The notes under the pieces: generated by a model
Told to the model about the DNA's origin: nothing
The model's database searches: none
What the model saw: only the letters and a program-made list of their open reading frames with translations
Part shown: one piece after another, positions 38,684 through 47,917 of the stretch
Layout: each line of letters begins with the position of its first letter
Numbering within the stretch: position 1 is the first letter of the stretch
NCBI GenBank assembly: GCA_963792415.1
Contig: CAWBVY010000001.1
Location: 160,001 to 224,000 of the forward strand
Origin: Candidatus Deferrimicrobiaceae bacterium
GTDB lineage: Bacteria > Desulfobacterota > Deferrimicrobia > Deferrimicrobiales > Deferrimicrobiaceae
Length of the DNA: 64,000 nucleotides
Reading direction: 5' to 3'
Made by a program: the position numbers and the translations under genes

Positions 38684-39451
38684 TTGAGATTAAAGGTATT
38701 GGGCGCCGCCGGTTCCGAGGTCCCCGGGCACAACTGCCCGGCGTTCCTGATCGACGAGAAGATCCTCCTGGACGCGGGGACGATCGCCCTGTCCCTGAAC
38801 ATCCGCGAGGAGCACAGCCTGGGGTGGATCCTCCTCACGCACGCCCACCTCGACCACATCAAGGGGATCCCGTTCCTGCTCGACAACCTGGTGACCCGCA
38901 GCACCGGGAACACCATCACCGTCGCCAGCGGGAAGGACGTCCTGAACGACCTGAAGAAGAACATCTTCAACGACAGGATCTGGCCCGACTTCTCCCGGAT
39001 CCCGACGCGCGCACACCCGGTGCTGCGGTACAAGAACATCGGTACCACGCGGCCCTTCCAGATCGACGGGTACCGGATCACGATGGAGAAGGTCCACCAC
39101 ACCGTCCCGGCGTACGGGTACATCGTAGAGAAGCCGGGGAACAAGGCAATCGCCTACACGGGCGACACGGGGCCGACCGACCGCTTCTGGGAGAGGATGG
39201 CCGCCCACGACGTGAAGTACCTCATCACGGAGACCTCCTTCCCCAACCGGCTGGAGAAGCTCGCCCTGACGACCGGCCACCTGACCCCCTCCCTGCTTAA
39301 GGGGGAGATCGCGAAGATGTCCCCGCCGCCGGAGAAGATCTTCATCATGCACCTGAAGCCGCAGTTCCTGAATGAGATCGAGATGGAGATCCGGGCGCTC
39401 GATCACGACAACATCGAGTTCCTGAAGGACGGAGAAGTGATCCTGGCCTAG
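38684..39451 (+). CDS. class II-type 3',5'-cyclic nucleotide phosphodiesterase (metallo-beta-lactamase fold)
   Basis: LLDAGT, THAHLDHI, IFND.IWPDF, YTGDTGPT, ETSFPN, HLTP, MHLKP. Confidence 0.85.
   Translation: MRLKVLGAAGSEVPGHNCPAFLIDEKILLDAGTIALSLNIREEHSLGWILLTHAHLDHIKGIPFLLDNLVTRSTGNTITVASGKDVLNDLKKNIFNDRIWPDFSRIPTRAHPVLRYKNIGTTRPFQIDGYRITMEKVHHTVPAYGYIVEKPGNKAIAYTGDTGPTDRFWERMAAHDVKYLITETSFPNRLEKLALTTGHLTPSLLKGEIAKMSPPPEKIFIMHLKPQFLNEIEMEIRALDHDNIEFLKDGEVILA
39404..39451 (+). repeat. 48-bp direct repeat, copy 1 (PDE 3' end)
   Basis: 40/48 identical to 41010-41057. Confidence 0.8.
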
Positions 39452-39458
39452 CCCGCCG

Positions 39459-40943
39459 TCAGGAGATCCCGAAGAATCTCATCAACTTCCGGAGGAGCGC
39501 GTCGTGGAGGGACGACGCTTCGTCGGCAACCTTGCGGACCTGCTGCACGGTCAGGATCTTCTGGAGGCGGTCCCCCAGCGCGGAACTCAAGCCCTCCAGG
39601 ACGGACGGGTGCGAACGGATGATCGGAGCGATGGCACCCTTCGAAATCTCGGCGAGCCAGACCTCGTCGACCGCGGCGACCGTCGCGCGGCGCTTCTCCC
39701 CGGTGAGGAGCGACATCTCCCCGAAGAAATCGCCCCCGGACAACGATCCGACCGTCTGCCCGTCCACGGAAACCTCGAGGTTCCCGCACAGGTTGATGAA
39801 GAGGGAGTCCCCCTCCTCGCCCTGGCGCACGACGATCTCCCTGTTTCCGTAGACGCGCAGCCGGACGTGCGGCAAGAGGGCGTCCAGTTCCTCCTCGCCC
39901 AGGGGGGAAAGGATCTCGGCCCGGCGGAGGCTCCCGCGGATCGCGGCGGCGTCCATCCGGAACGGCGGGGCCGGCTCCTTCCGCACGATCTCCCGGTGCG
40001 GGTACGGGAACGTCTGCCCCTCGCGCGTGACGGCGTACCAGACGCGCCGCAGGACCTTGTCGCGGGCCTCGAGGAGGTTCGCGTACTCCTCGAGGTAGAA
40101 GCGCAGGTTGTAGTGGATGCCGCTGTCCATGAACCCGTCGACCTTCACCCAGGGCGCCGGCGTCGACAGGATCCCCGGCTCGTCCCGGAGGGCGTCGAGC
40201 AGGATCGCCTTCGCCCGTTCGGGGGGGAACGCGTAATCGAGGAGGACCGTGAGGGTGACCGGCGGAGGCGCACCCGGACGGCTCCCGATGGAGTGCACCA
40301 CGTTCTGCGTCATGTAAAGGTTCGGGACGTGGACCAGGTGACCCTCCAGGGTCCGGACCGTGGAGTACCGGAACCCCACGTTGACGATCTCGCCCGTGAT
40401 GTCCTTTTCCTTGATCCAGACCCACGTGCCGCGCCGGAACGCTTCGTCGGCCTGGATCTGGAAGCCGGAGACGATGTTGGCCAGCGAGGTCTGCATCGCG
40501 AACGCGAGGGCGGCGGTGAGCACCGTGGTCGTCGTGAGGATCGACGTCATGTTGATTTCGAAGATCACGCGCAGGGCGGTCGCGCCGAAAAACAGGTACA
40601 CGCCCAGCAGGAGAATGTCCCGGAGGAACGACGGGACATTCCCCTTCATCCGGCGGTGAAGATAGGTGTCCACGAGCAGGTAGGCGACCAGGTTCGCCCA
40701 GCAGAAGAGCATGATCAGCCCGTGAATCTCCAGTATGTAGGGGGTGTATTCCACCGGGACCTTGAAGGGTCCCACGACGTACGCAAGAAAGATCCCGAAA
40801 AGGGCCGCCTTGATCGTCAACCAGACCTTGGACATGGAAAGGTCCATCCGCGTCACGGCGCGGACGGCGGCGATCAGGAGGAAGAACGCGAGGGGGACCA
40901 GCAGCAGGAGGGTCTCGTTGGACAGTAGGAATTTGAACGTCAT
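39459..40943 (-). CDS. MscS-family mechanosensitive channel with C-terminal cNMP-binding domain
   Basis: TM helices, AFAMQTSLANIVSG, G.IVNVGFR.ST, FPYPHR; FFGEMSLLTGEKRRATV. Confidence 0.9.
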   Translation of the reverse strand: MTFKFLLSNETLLLLVPLAFFLLIAAVRAVTRMDLSMSKVWLTIKAALFGIFLAYVVGPFKVPVEYTPYILEIHGLIMLFCWANLVAYLLVDTYLHRRMKGNVPSFLRDILLLGVYLFFGATALRVIFEINMTSILTTTTVLTAALAFAMQTSLANIVSGFQIQADEAFRRGTWVWIKEKDITGEIVNVGFRYSTVRTLEGHLVHVPNLYMTQNVVHSIGSRPGAPPPVTLTVLLDYAFPPERAKAILLDALRDEPGILSTPAPWVKVDGFMDSGIHYNLRFYLEEYANLLEARDKVLRRVWYAVTREGQTFPYPHREIVRKEPAPPFRMDAAAIRGSLRRAEILSPLGEEELDALLPHVRLRVYGNREIVVRQGEEGDSLFINLCGNLEVSVDGQTVGSLSGGDFFGEMSLLTGEKRRATVAAVDEVWLAEISKGAIAPIIRSHPSVLEGLSSALGDRLQKILTVQQVRKVADEASSLHDALLRKLMRFFGIS

Positions 40944-41009
40944 GGCCCGATCCGCTTCTCCAGGGGTGGTGCAGGAATTGTCCGTCATCCGGATGGAGGA
41001 AAGCAAGGC

Positions 41010-41057
41010 CACGACAACAAAGAGTTCCCGATGGACGGCGAGGTGATCCTGATCTAG
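41010..41057 (+). repeat. 48-bp direct repeat, copy 2 (decayed PDE 3' end)
   Basis: Encodes HDNKEFPMDGEVILI* vs PDE end HDNIEFLKDGEVILA*. Confidence 0.8.
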
Positions 41058-41185
41058 GGAGGTTGTATCGCCGGAGTCGCAATGTCCGGCGCAGCGCACT
41101 TGAATGACTCGTCAAACAGGTTGATCGCACCGGTCGAAATGAATCCGTACCGTTGTGGCAGATGTCAGCTGACGTCGGCAAACGA

Positions 41186-41225
41186 ATCCCGGTACGCCGC
41201 CATCCATTCCGCGGCGTACCGGGAT
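41186..41225 (-). terminator. terminator-like hairpin ending cyclase-receptor-secreted protein operon
   Basis: ATCCCGGTACGCCGC-10 nt-GCGGCGTACCGGGAT perfect 15-bp stem. Confidence 0.7.
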
Positions 41226-41266
41226 CGGTGTCCCGCTCGTGTTGACAAAGAGAAATTCTTATAATG

Positions 41267-41986
41267 CTACCATGGGACCTCGCATTGATCATCAAACTGT
41301 GCATTACACGTTGGATATGTCTTTGAATACTCCCACTGCAAATCAGTTGTACAAGTATAAGAACTCCCTACACCAATTGGAGCCGACCCGAGGTCACAAG
41401 AACCCTTAATGTGTACCACCTCTTCTGCGGTATAATCCCCTGTTGGAGAACCATCGGGATTGAAAGCCGTAGTGTAACATAGCCCGTAATCATTTGGGTC
41501 AAGAACAGGGCATGTCAAGTTAATATCTTCATACGCTTGTATATACACATCAAACGTCTTGACAACAATACCATAAGCCGTCCAATTCGGATTTACGCAA
41601 TACGAATTCGGATCACCAAGATTGGCAAGGAGGTCTTCATCGGTAAAAGTTATAAATGAATCCCATCGTCCATTTCTTGTTGGCGCATCAGGCGAAGCTT
41701 GACTTCCTGTCACAGTTGTTGGGTAAATAAAAGGATTCCCGACCCCTCCGTCATTGCCTCCAGGGTTTTTACATAAAACCATCACCTCGTTCGGGAACAA
41801 TGTTACCTTGACACTCGTAGGTCTTAGATCTTTATTCGCTATTCCCCTCCAACCTGAATAGATCACTACGGTATTTTGGTATGCAGCCCATCCACTGGAT
41901 GAGGCCGGCCACGCATGGGCGTCCGTGCCTCCAAGCGCCATGATGCCGATACAGAGTGTCCCGATAATCAATAATCTCTTCAACAT
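41267..41986 (-). CDS. secreted Cys-rich hypothetical protein
   Basis: Signal peptide ending AHA; 8 Cys in the mature part (CKNPGGN, CVNPNW); AT-rich codons. Confidence 0.8.
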   Translation of the reverse strand: MLKRLLIIGTLCIGIMALGGTDAHAWPASSSGWAAYQNTVVIYSGWRGIANKDLRPTSVKVTLFPNEVMVLCKNPGGNDGGVGNPFIYPTTVTGSQASPDAPTRNGRWDSFITFTDEDLLANLGDPNSYCVNPNWTAYGIVVKTFDVYIQAYEDINLTCPVLDPNDYGLCYTTAFNPDGSPTGDYTAEEVVHIKGSCDLGSAPIGVGSSYTCTTDLQWEYSKTYPTCNAQFDDQCEVPW

Positions 41987-42105
41987 TGTCTTCTCCTCTC
42001 GTCGTTGTATTCAACCGGGAATGATTGTCAGAATCACTCCCAACGGCGCACTCCATTTCCATCGTGACCATCCCCTCCTTCCCTAATAATAAGGATCCTT
42101 CGGTA

Positions 42106-45100
42106 TCACGGAAGCGCCAACGTCACCTTGCAATAGAAATTTCTGCCGGGCTGTATCCTCGGGTTGTTCACGTCCGTGTCGGCGTAGTCGAATTGCTCGT
42201 CAAAAAGATTCGTGGCCCCCACGGAAACGAACCCGTAGCGCTTGGGCAGACGGTAGCTGATGGCGGCATCGACGACCCAGAAGGTGTCGCTGCCGGAATC
42301 GAAGCTAAAACCGTTCTTATCCTGGAATACGCCCTCCTGATCATAATAGGTCGCGTTCATGCCTGCGCTCCACCCGGAGGGGTGGAAGAAGCTGATCCCT
42401 ATCGGTAAGGATTGGGTTTTCACGTCCTGTATCCCCGCGTTGTATTGATCACCCCTCTCGAATTTCTCGTATACGTACCCCCCCCGGAGAGCCAGCATCG
42501 GATGAGGAGCCCAGTTCAGGTAGAGACGGCCGATGTGTTCCGTCCAGTCGGCATTCTGGAAAACAAAGGATGCCGAACCTTCCGGTTGGGTTAGGTAAGG
42601 CACTTGCATGTCCCTGTAGAAATATTCCGCTCCTCCGAACAGGCTTTTAGAAAATTTCTGGTCGACAGCGCCACCGTAGACCCACGCCTCCGTCGCATTA
42701 AAATCGTCGAAAAACTGATTGAAGCCGGCCACCTGGGTCGGCTCGAGGGTCTGGTCCGTAACCAGCGTCCTCTTCATCGTTCGGAACACGGCGCCACGAA
42801 GAGTCGTTTGAGTAGGAAGGTCCCATGTAATGCCGAGTTTCGGATTGAACTGATTTTTTTCCACATCCCGGTCGTCCCGATTGTTCTCGTCACTCTTGAA
42901 GAAGTCGCCGCTGGCGCCAGCGGTGATCGTCACGGTCGGAACGAGCTTGATGTAGGCGTAGAGATACACGTTGATATGGGAAATATCCAGAGCGATGCTG
43001 TCGGTGCTCTCGAATAGAACCAAAGGAGGAACTTCCCCCGGCCAGGTGACATTTTCACTGAACCCGAGGTCCTGATTTATCTTGAAGTATCCCGCGCCGA
43101 CGACGGTGTTGATGTAATTGGACCGGTAAATGTGCTGCAACTCCCCGGTGTAAGCCTTTTCATCGGTAGTGTTACCCAAAGCATCCCGTATATCCGGGGG
43201 AGGGGCCCCTATGATTGCGGGGTCGAAAAACAAGGTGTAGGCCACGCTGGCATCACGCTTGGTGTACGAAAAGTTCCCGATGAGATTGGACTGCGGTGAA
43301 AAGGACTGAAGGAATCCCAGGCGGAAATGATCTCGGTTTTCCTCCTGATTAAGTTCTTTGGAAATGTTGTCTTTCCAGAAAAGCAGTTCGGTATCCCCTC
43401 TCTTGTTATCCCTGTATCGGTATTCAGCCTGGATGCTCGTCCGGGGAAAGAGCTGGTACTGGGCATAGACGTCAAAGATGTTGTCCCTGAGGCCGTTGTT
43501 TTCGCGGACACCGTCGGTTTTAAAGTAGTTCTGGCCCATACTGAAGGAAGCCTTGTTGTAGATTCCGGAGACAACGACCTCCTCACCCAATGTGTCGTTG
43601 TTCCCGGCAATTCCACTTGCCTGGAGCGCTATCCGGTTCCGGTTGAACAATGGGTTGAATTCGTTGAAGGAAAGGGACGACGGGCCCTCCGCGCTCGAGA
43701 TGAACAGATTGCTCTCCGCCAGACGAGGTTGAATGGGGGTGATGTTGATGGGCTGAAGAAGCTGGGACACGAGCAACTCGCTCACCCTTGCGATCTGGTG
43801 GCGCGGCAAAGCGGCGTAGCTGTCGGCCAGGAACCGGTGGCCGGAAAAGTCGGACGGGTCCGTATTGACCGATTTCCAGCCTTCCACCAGCGCGCGCTGC
43901 TGGAAGCCCAGGTCCGAGTAGATCCGGGCGACGCTCGCGCTGCGTGCCGCAAGATCCGAATCGAGCAGGAGACGTGAGCGGTAGACGGCCCGGTTGTCGT
44001 TCAGCTCGATGGACTTTTCCAGGTCCTGCAATGCTTCCACGGGCCGGTTCGTGGTCTGCTTCTCTATCGCCTCGTAGAAATACGGCGTGGGGTCCGACGG
44101 ATCCAGGCTCTTGGCCATCCCGTACTGGCCGGTCGCCAGTTTGTCGCGCTTCTCTTCGTAGTAGGCCTTCCCAAGATAACTGCGTATCAGGGAATTGTTC
44201 GGATCGAGGCTCATGGCGATCTCGATCTCCCTTCTCCCCTCCTCCAGGTGGCCTTCACGGATCATCGCCAGGCCCAGGCCCAGCCGCGGGAGCGGATCCG
44301 AATCATCGAGCTTGATCGCTTTTTCGAAAGCTCCCTTCGCTTCCACTGTTTCGACCCGGGTCAGGTGGGAGAACCCCAGGACCGTCTGCGTCCTCGAGAG
44401 GTCGGGCCGCAGCGCCGCCGCCTTCTTCGCCGAATCCAGGGACATGTCGAGGTTGCCGAACGATTGCTGCAACTCGGCCAGCCGGGCCCAGGCGAGGGCG
44501 TTTTCGGGCGCCAGCTTCACGGCTTCCTCCAGGCTGCCCAGCGCTCCCGGCAGGTCGAATTGGGCCTGCTGCGCATAGGAAAGGGCGATCCGCGCCGTCG
44601 CGGATTTCGGGTCCGACTCCACCGCCTTCCGGGCAAGCTCGAGGGCCTTCCCCTTCTCGTTCTGCGTGACGGCGATCATCGCCTGGAGCGCGAAGGCGTC
44701 GCTGTTCTTCGGGTCGAGTTTCTGCGCCTTGTCGATGTCCGCCGTTGCCTCGTCGACCCGGCCGACGGTCAGCAGCTGCGACGCGCGTGCGGTGTAGAAG
44801 CGCGGATCGTTTCCGTCTTCCTTCAGATCCTGGGGAGGGGCATCGAGGACGGGCGGATAGTACAGCGCCCACTGGACCGCATCCCGCGGGCGCACGACGA
44901 CCCGGTACACCGGGGCATTCCCCGCCTCGGCCACCGCCGACTGCCCCGTGGCGACCGGGAGGCCGCCCGCCGCGTTCGATGCCAGCACCTTCCCCTCGAA
45001 GACGGTCAGGTCGGTCTTCCCTTCCTCGACCCGGAGGAAGAACTCCGTCCCTTCCACGCCGGCGTTCACGGTCGCGGTGCGCACCTCGAGGTTCCGCGTG

Positions 45101-45465
45101 ACGCGGCTGAAGAAGAGCGCGGCCCCGCCGATCATGTCGACCAGGGAGGTCCGCTCGTCTTTCATGCCCCCCAGAGTGACAGTGGTGTTCTGGTCGAGAC
45201 GGAGGACGGGGTGGTTGTACAGCGCGATGTCCGCCCGGCTTTTCCTGTCCGTCCGGACCGTGTCCCCCGGGCAGTACGTCTCGTTGAGTTTCGCCGGCTC
45301 CCACAGGGCCTGCCCTGCCCCCTTGACTTCCACGACCCCCTGGACCGAGACCACCTTTCCGGCCCATTTCTCGCACGTAGCCGCGTGTGCGATGCCGCTG
45401 CACAACATCATCGCGATGGCTGCACATGCCAGAAGACTCACAACGTACGGGTGCAGTCGTTTCAT
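42106..45465 (-). CDS. FecR-domain/TPR/TonB-receptor-like beta-barrel outer-membrane protein
   Basis: Signal peptide; FecR (GDTVRT, VRTATVNAGVEGTEF); multiple TPRs; barrel C-terminus NLFD...PGR.F. Confidence 0.85.
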   Translation of the reverse strand: MKRLHPYVVSLLACAAIAMMLCSGIAHAATCEKWAGKVVSVQGVVEVKGAGQALWEPAKLNETYCPGDTVRTDRKSRADIALYNHPVLRLDQNTTVTLGGMKDERTSLVDMIGGAALFFSRVTRNLEVRTATVNAGVEGTEFFLRVEEGKTDLTVFEGKVLASNAAGGLPVATGQSAVAEAGNAPVYRVVVRPRDAVQWALYYPPVLDAPPQDLKEDGNDPRFYTARASQLLTVGRVDEATADIDKAQKLDPKNSDAFALQAMIAVTQNEKGKALELARKAVESDPKSATARIALSYAQQAQFDLPGALGSLEEAVKLAPENALAWARLAELQQSFGNLDMSLDSAKKAAALRPDLSRTQTVLGFSHLTRVETVEAKGAFEKAIKLDDSDPLPRLGLGLAMIREGHLEEGRREIEIAMSLDPNNSLIRSYLGKAYYEEKRDKLATGQYGMAKSLDPSDPTPYFYEAIEKQTTNRPVEALQDLEKSIELNDNRAVYRSRLLLDSDLAARSASVARIYSDLGFQQRALVEGWKSVNTDPSDFSGHRFLADSYAALPRHQIARVSELLVSQLLQPINITPIQPRLAESNLFISSAEGPSSLSFNEFNPLFNRNRIALQASGIAGNNDTLGEEVVVSGIYNKASFSMGQNYFKTDGVRENNGLRDNIFDVYAQYQLFPRTSIQAEYRYRDNKRGDTELLFWKDNISKELNQEENRDHFRLGFLQSFSPQSNLIGNFSYTKRDASVAYTLFFDPAIIGAPPPDIRDALGNTTDEKAYTGELQHIYRSNYINTVVGAGYFKINQDLGFSENVTWPGEVPPLVLFESTDSIALDISHINVYLYAYIKLVPTVTITAGASGDFFKSDENNRDDRDVEKNQFNPKLGITWDLPTQTTLRGAVFRTMKRTLVTDQTLEPTQVAGFNQFFDDFNATEAWVYGGAVDQKFSKSLFGGAEYFYRDMQVPYLTQPEGSASFVFQNADWTEHIGRLYLNWAPHPMLALRGGYVYEKFERGDQYNAGIQDVKTQSLPIGISFFHPSGWSAGMNATYYDQEGVFQDKNGFSFDSGSDTFWVVDAAISYRLPKRYGFVSVGATNLFDEQFDYADTDVNNPRIQPGRNFYCKVTLALP

Positions 45466-45522
45466 TGTCGGCTCCCTCCCCCTTTATCGTTTATCCTTGC
45501 CCTCCGGTTCTCAACCGTTTGG

Positions 45523-47781
45523 CTACTTCTTGTCCATGAGAACCACCCCGTCCCACGGTTCCGCGGGGGGGGTGGTGTTGTACACCTCGCACAGGCTTAA
45601 GTAATAACGTGAAGGCTCGTCCTCTCCCAGCGCTTCCAAAGCCCAGCGGAATTTTTCCTTTGCTTCCTCCCAGGATTTCTGCTTGAAGGCGGCAAGAGCC
45701 TCGGCGAATACCCGGCACCCCTCGCGCTGTTTCCCGTCCGCCTCTTCCAGGCGGCAGATCAGCTCGTGGATCGCGATCGGCATGCTCTTCCCTTTCAACC
45801 GGAACGACCCGAGCTCCCTCGTCAACAGGCCTTCCAGCTGGTCTATCACCTCGGAGGACACCAGGACGCGCGTTCCCAGGTGCTTGTTCATCCCCTCGAT
45901 CCGTGACGCCGTGTTGACGATGTCCCCCATGACGGAGTGCTGGTAATGGTCCCCGCCGCCGATGTTCCCGAGGAAGATGTCCCCGTAATGCAGGCCGATC
46001 CGGGTGTTGAGGCGGTGCGGATCGGATGGCCCGTACAGCCGGTGCACGGCCCGGTTGATGTCGATCGCCGCGAGGCACGCCTTGTCCCGAAGGGCCGCGT
46101 CGGGGGTCGCCGAGACCCAGATCGCCAGCATGGAGTCCCCGGCGAGGTTCGATACGACCCCGCCGTGCTCCTTCACCGGCCGGAACATCGTCTCGTAGTA
46201 CCGGTTCATGAACGCGCCGAGCTCCTTGGGGTCCAGGGTCTCCGACAACGTCGTGTAATGCTCCGCGTCCGTGAACAGGCAGACGCCGTAGACGGACTCG
46301 CTGACGGCGCCGAGCTCCCCGAGGTTCTCCACCAGCTGGTCGACGACGTTCTTGGGGAGGTAATGCTCGAAGGCCTTCCGGACCTTCTCCTGCTCCTTCT
46401 TCGTGTCGAGGTAGTTCCAGATCACCCCTCCGAAGAATGCCAGCGGAGCCTGGAAAAAGAGCGGGACCGCCACGGGGTACCAGAGGTTGGCCGTCTTGAA
46501 CTGAAACCACGCGAGGGCGAGATAGAGGCCGCTCAAGCCCACAATGCCCAGCGCCGCGATCCCGATATGGAAATACCTGCCGAGGAACCCCATGACCACG
46601 CCCCAGAGGACAACGATGAAGACCAGGGGAAGCAGCCCGAGCGGCTTCACCGATGTATCGTCCAGGATGTTGGAGAATGCGGTGGCGGAGATCTCCACCC
46701 CGCCGATGAAGATTCCGTTCGCCTGGGAGAACACCGTGTAGAAGCTGTCCTTCCGCTCCGCCAGCATCGCCTCCGACAGCCCCACGAAGACGGCCTTCTC
46801 CTTCAGGTCGATCTTCCGGTCCCCCGCCGCACCGTCGCGGATCTGGAGCGCCTGGTGATACGGAATCGTCGTGATTGTGCGAGGCCTGCCGTAGTAGTTG
46901 ATGAACCGGTTGTTCGACCCCTCGTACACGCGGATCAGCGCCTCGACCAGCCGTTGCCTGCCCGCATCGCCGGCGGGCGCCTTCGAACGTTCGAGCTCGC
47001 GCCGCATTCTCTCCGCGATCAACGGATCGGCCAGGAACACCTCCCGGATCTTTTTCATCAGGTCCCTGACGGTTCCCGTGGCGATGGCCGCCGACATGTC
47101 GCGGGGGAACTTCCTCGCCTGCGCCGGGCTCGCCTTCTCGAGCAGGCGGATGAAATCCCCGTAGGCCGTCGCCCCGTAGATCTGGAGCATCACCATCGGA
47201 ACGGAGGGAGAGTCCCCTGCGCCCGGCTCGAACGTGAAGAACTGGCTCACCCGGAAAGGGATCCGGGGAAGCGTGAACGGCGCCGTGGCCGCGGCGGCAT
47301 CGGAGAAGAGCTCGATCGGCGGCACCACCTTGACGACGTTGTGGCTCGAGGACTCGGAAGACCCGTCCACGTCCGGCAGAAGGATGTCCTTGGTCCGGAT
47401 CGGCTCGGTGAGGACGACGTTTCGCGCCTTTTTCATCGCGTTCGCAAACGCGATGTCGTCCTTCGCCACCCGCGGCTCGATGAAATGGAGGTCGAAGGAT
47501 ACGACCCTGGCGCCTTCCCGGGCCAGGATCTCCGTCAGGCGCGCATGGAGAGAGCGGGGCCACTTGTCGGGGTTGTCCGGGATGCCAAGCTGCTCGGACG
47601 ATTCCCGGTCAATGCTGATGACGACGGCTTCCGGAGGAGCCTGGCGCGCTCCCCTCAACCTGAACAGCAGGCCGAGACCGGTGTTTTCCTCGAGATCGAG
47701 CGCGAATCGGAAAGGGCTTGCGACCAGACCCGCGACCCCGACGAGGAAACCGAGGATGACTGCTTTCAACAAGCGGGACAT
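45523..47781 (-). CDS. CHASE2-domain class III nucleotidyl cyclase
   Basis: VVISID..S, WPRS.HA.L, FDLHF CHASE2 motifs; 3 TM; LFTD, GD, RIGLHYG, GDIVNTASRIEG, LKGK; C-terminal TPR-like WDGV tail. Confidence 0.92.
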   Translation of the reverse strand: MSRLLKAVILGFLVGVAGLVASPFRFALDLEENTGLGLLFRLRGARQAPPEAVVISIDRESSEQLGIPDNPDKWPRSLHARLTEILAREGARVVSFDLHFIEPRVAKDDIAFANAMKKARNVVLTEPIRTKDILLPDVDGSSESSSHNVVKVVPPIELFSDAAAATAPFTLPRIPFRVSQFFTFEPGAGDSPSVPMVMLQIYGATAYGDFIRLLEKASPAQARKFPRDMSAAIATGTVRDLMKKIREVFLADPLIAERMRRELERSKAPAGDAGRQRLVEALIRVYEGSNNRFINYYGRPRTITTIPYHQALQIRDGAAGDRKIDLKEKAVFVGLSEAMLAERKDSFYTVFSQANGIFIGGVEISATAFSNILDDTSVKPLGLLPLVFIVVLWGVVMGFLGRYFHIGIAALGIVGLSGLYLALAWFQFKTANLWYPVAVPLFFQAPLAFFGGVIWNYLDTKKEQEKVRKAFEHYLPKNVVDQLVENLGELGAVSESVYGVCLFTDAEHYTTLSETLDPKELGAFMNRYYETMFRPVKEHGGVVSNLAGDSMLAIWVSATPDAALRDKACLAAIDINRAVHRLYGPSDPHRLNTRIGLHYGDIFLGNIGGGDHYQHSVMGDIVNTASRIEGMNKHLGTRVLVSSEVIDQLEGLLTRELGSFRLKGKSMPIAIHELICRLEEADGKQREGCRVFAEALAAFKQKSWEEAKEKFRWALEALGEDEPSRYYLSLCEVYNTTPPAEPWDGVVLMDKK

Positions 47782-47900
47782 CGTAACACATCATGAAATA
47801 TTGTGCGCATCGATTGCACCCCGGATAACAACAACGAATAATCCATATATTCAATATAGTAGCCTTTCATAAAATAGATAAAATTGAGCCAAACATAATA

Positions 47901-47917
47901 AGCAATTGCCGCGCCAA
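47901..47917 (-). promoter_or_regulatory. sigma54 (-24/-12) promoter of cyclase operon
   Basis: Minus strand TTGGCGCGGCAATTGCT vs consensus YTGGCACG-N4-TTGCW; ~120 nt upstream of cyclase ATG. Confidence 0.75.

Noticed and set aside
41242-41265. Perfect TTGACA and TATAAT hexamers on + strand (possible antisense promoter)
   Set aside because: Spacer is only 12 nt, incompatible with sigma70 geometry.
36872-47781. Pycsar/CBASS anti-phage system
   Set aside because: The cyclase is a membrane CHASE2 receptor type linked to an outer-membrane protein and a PDE; no TIR, PycTM-type or CD-NTase gene. Signalling is the more parsimonious reading.
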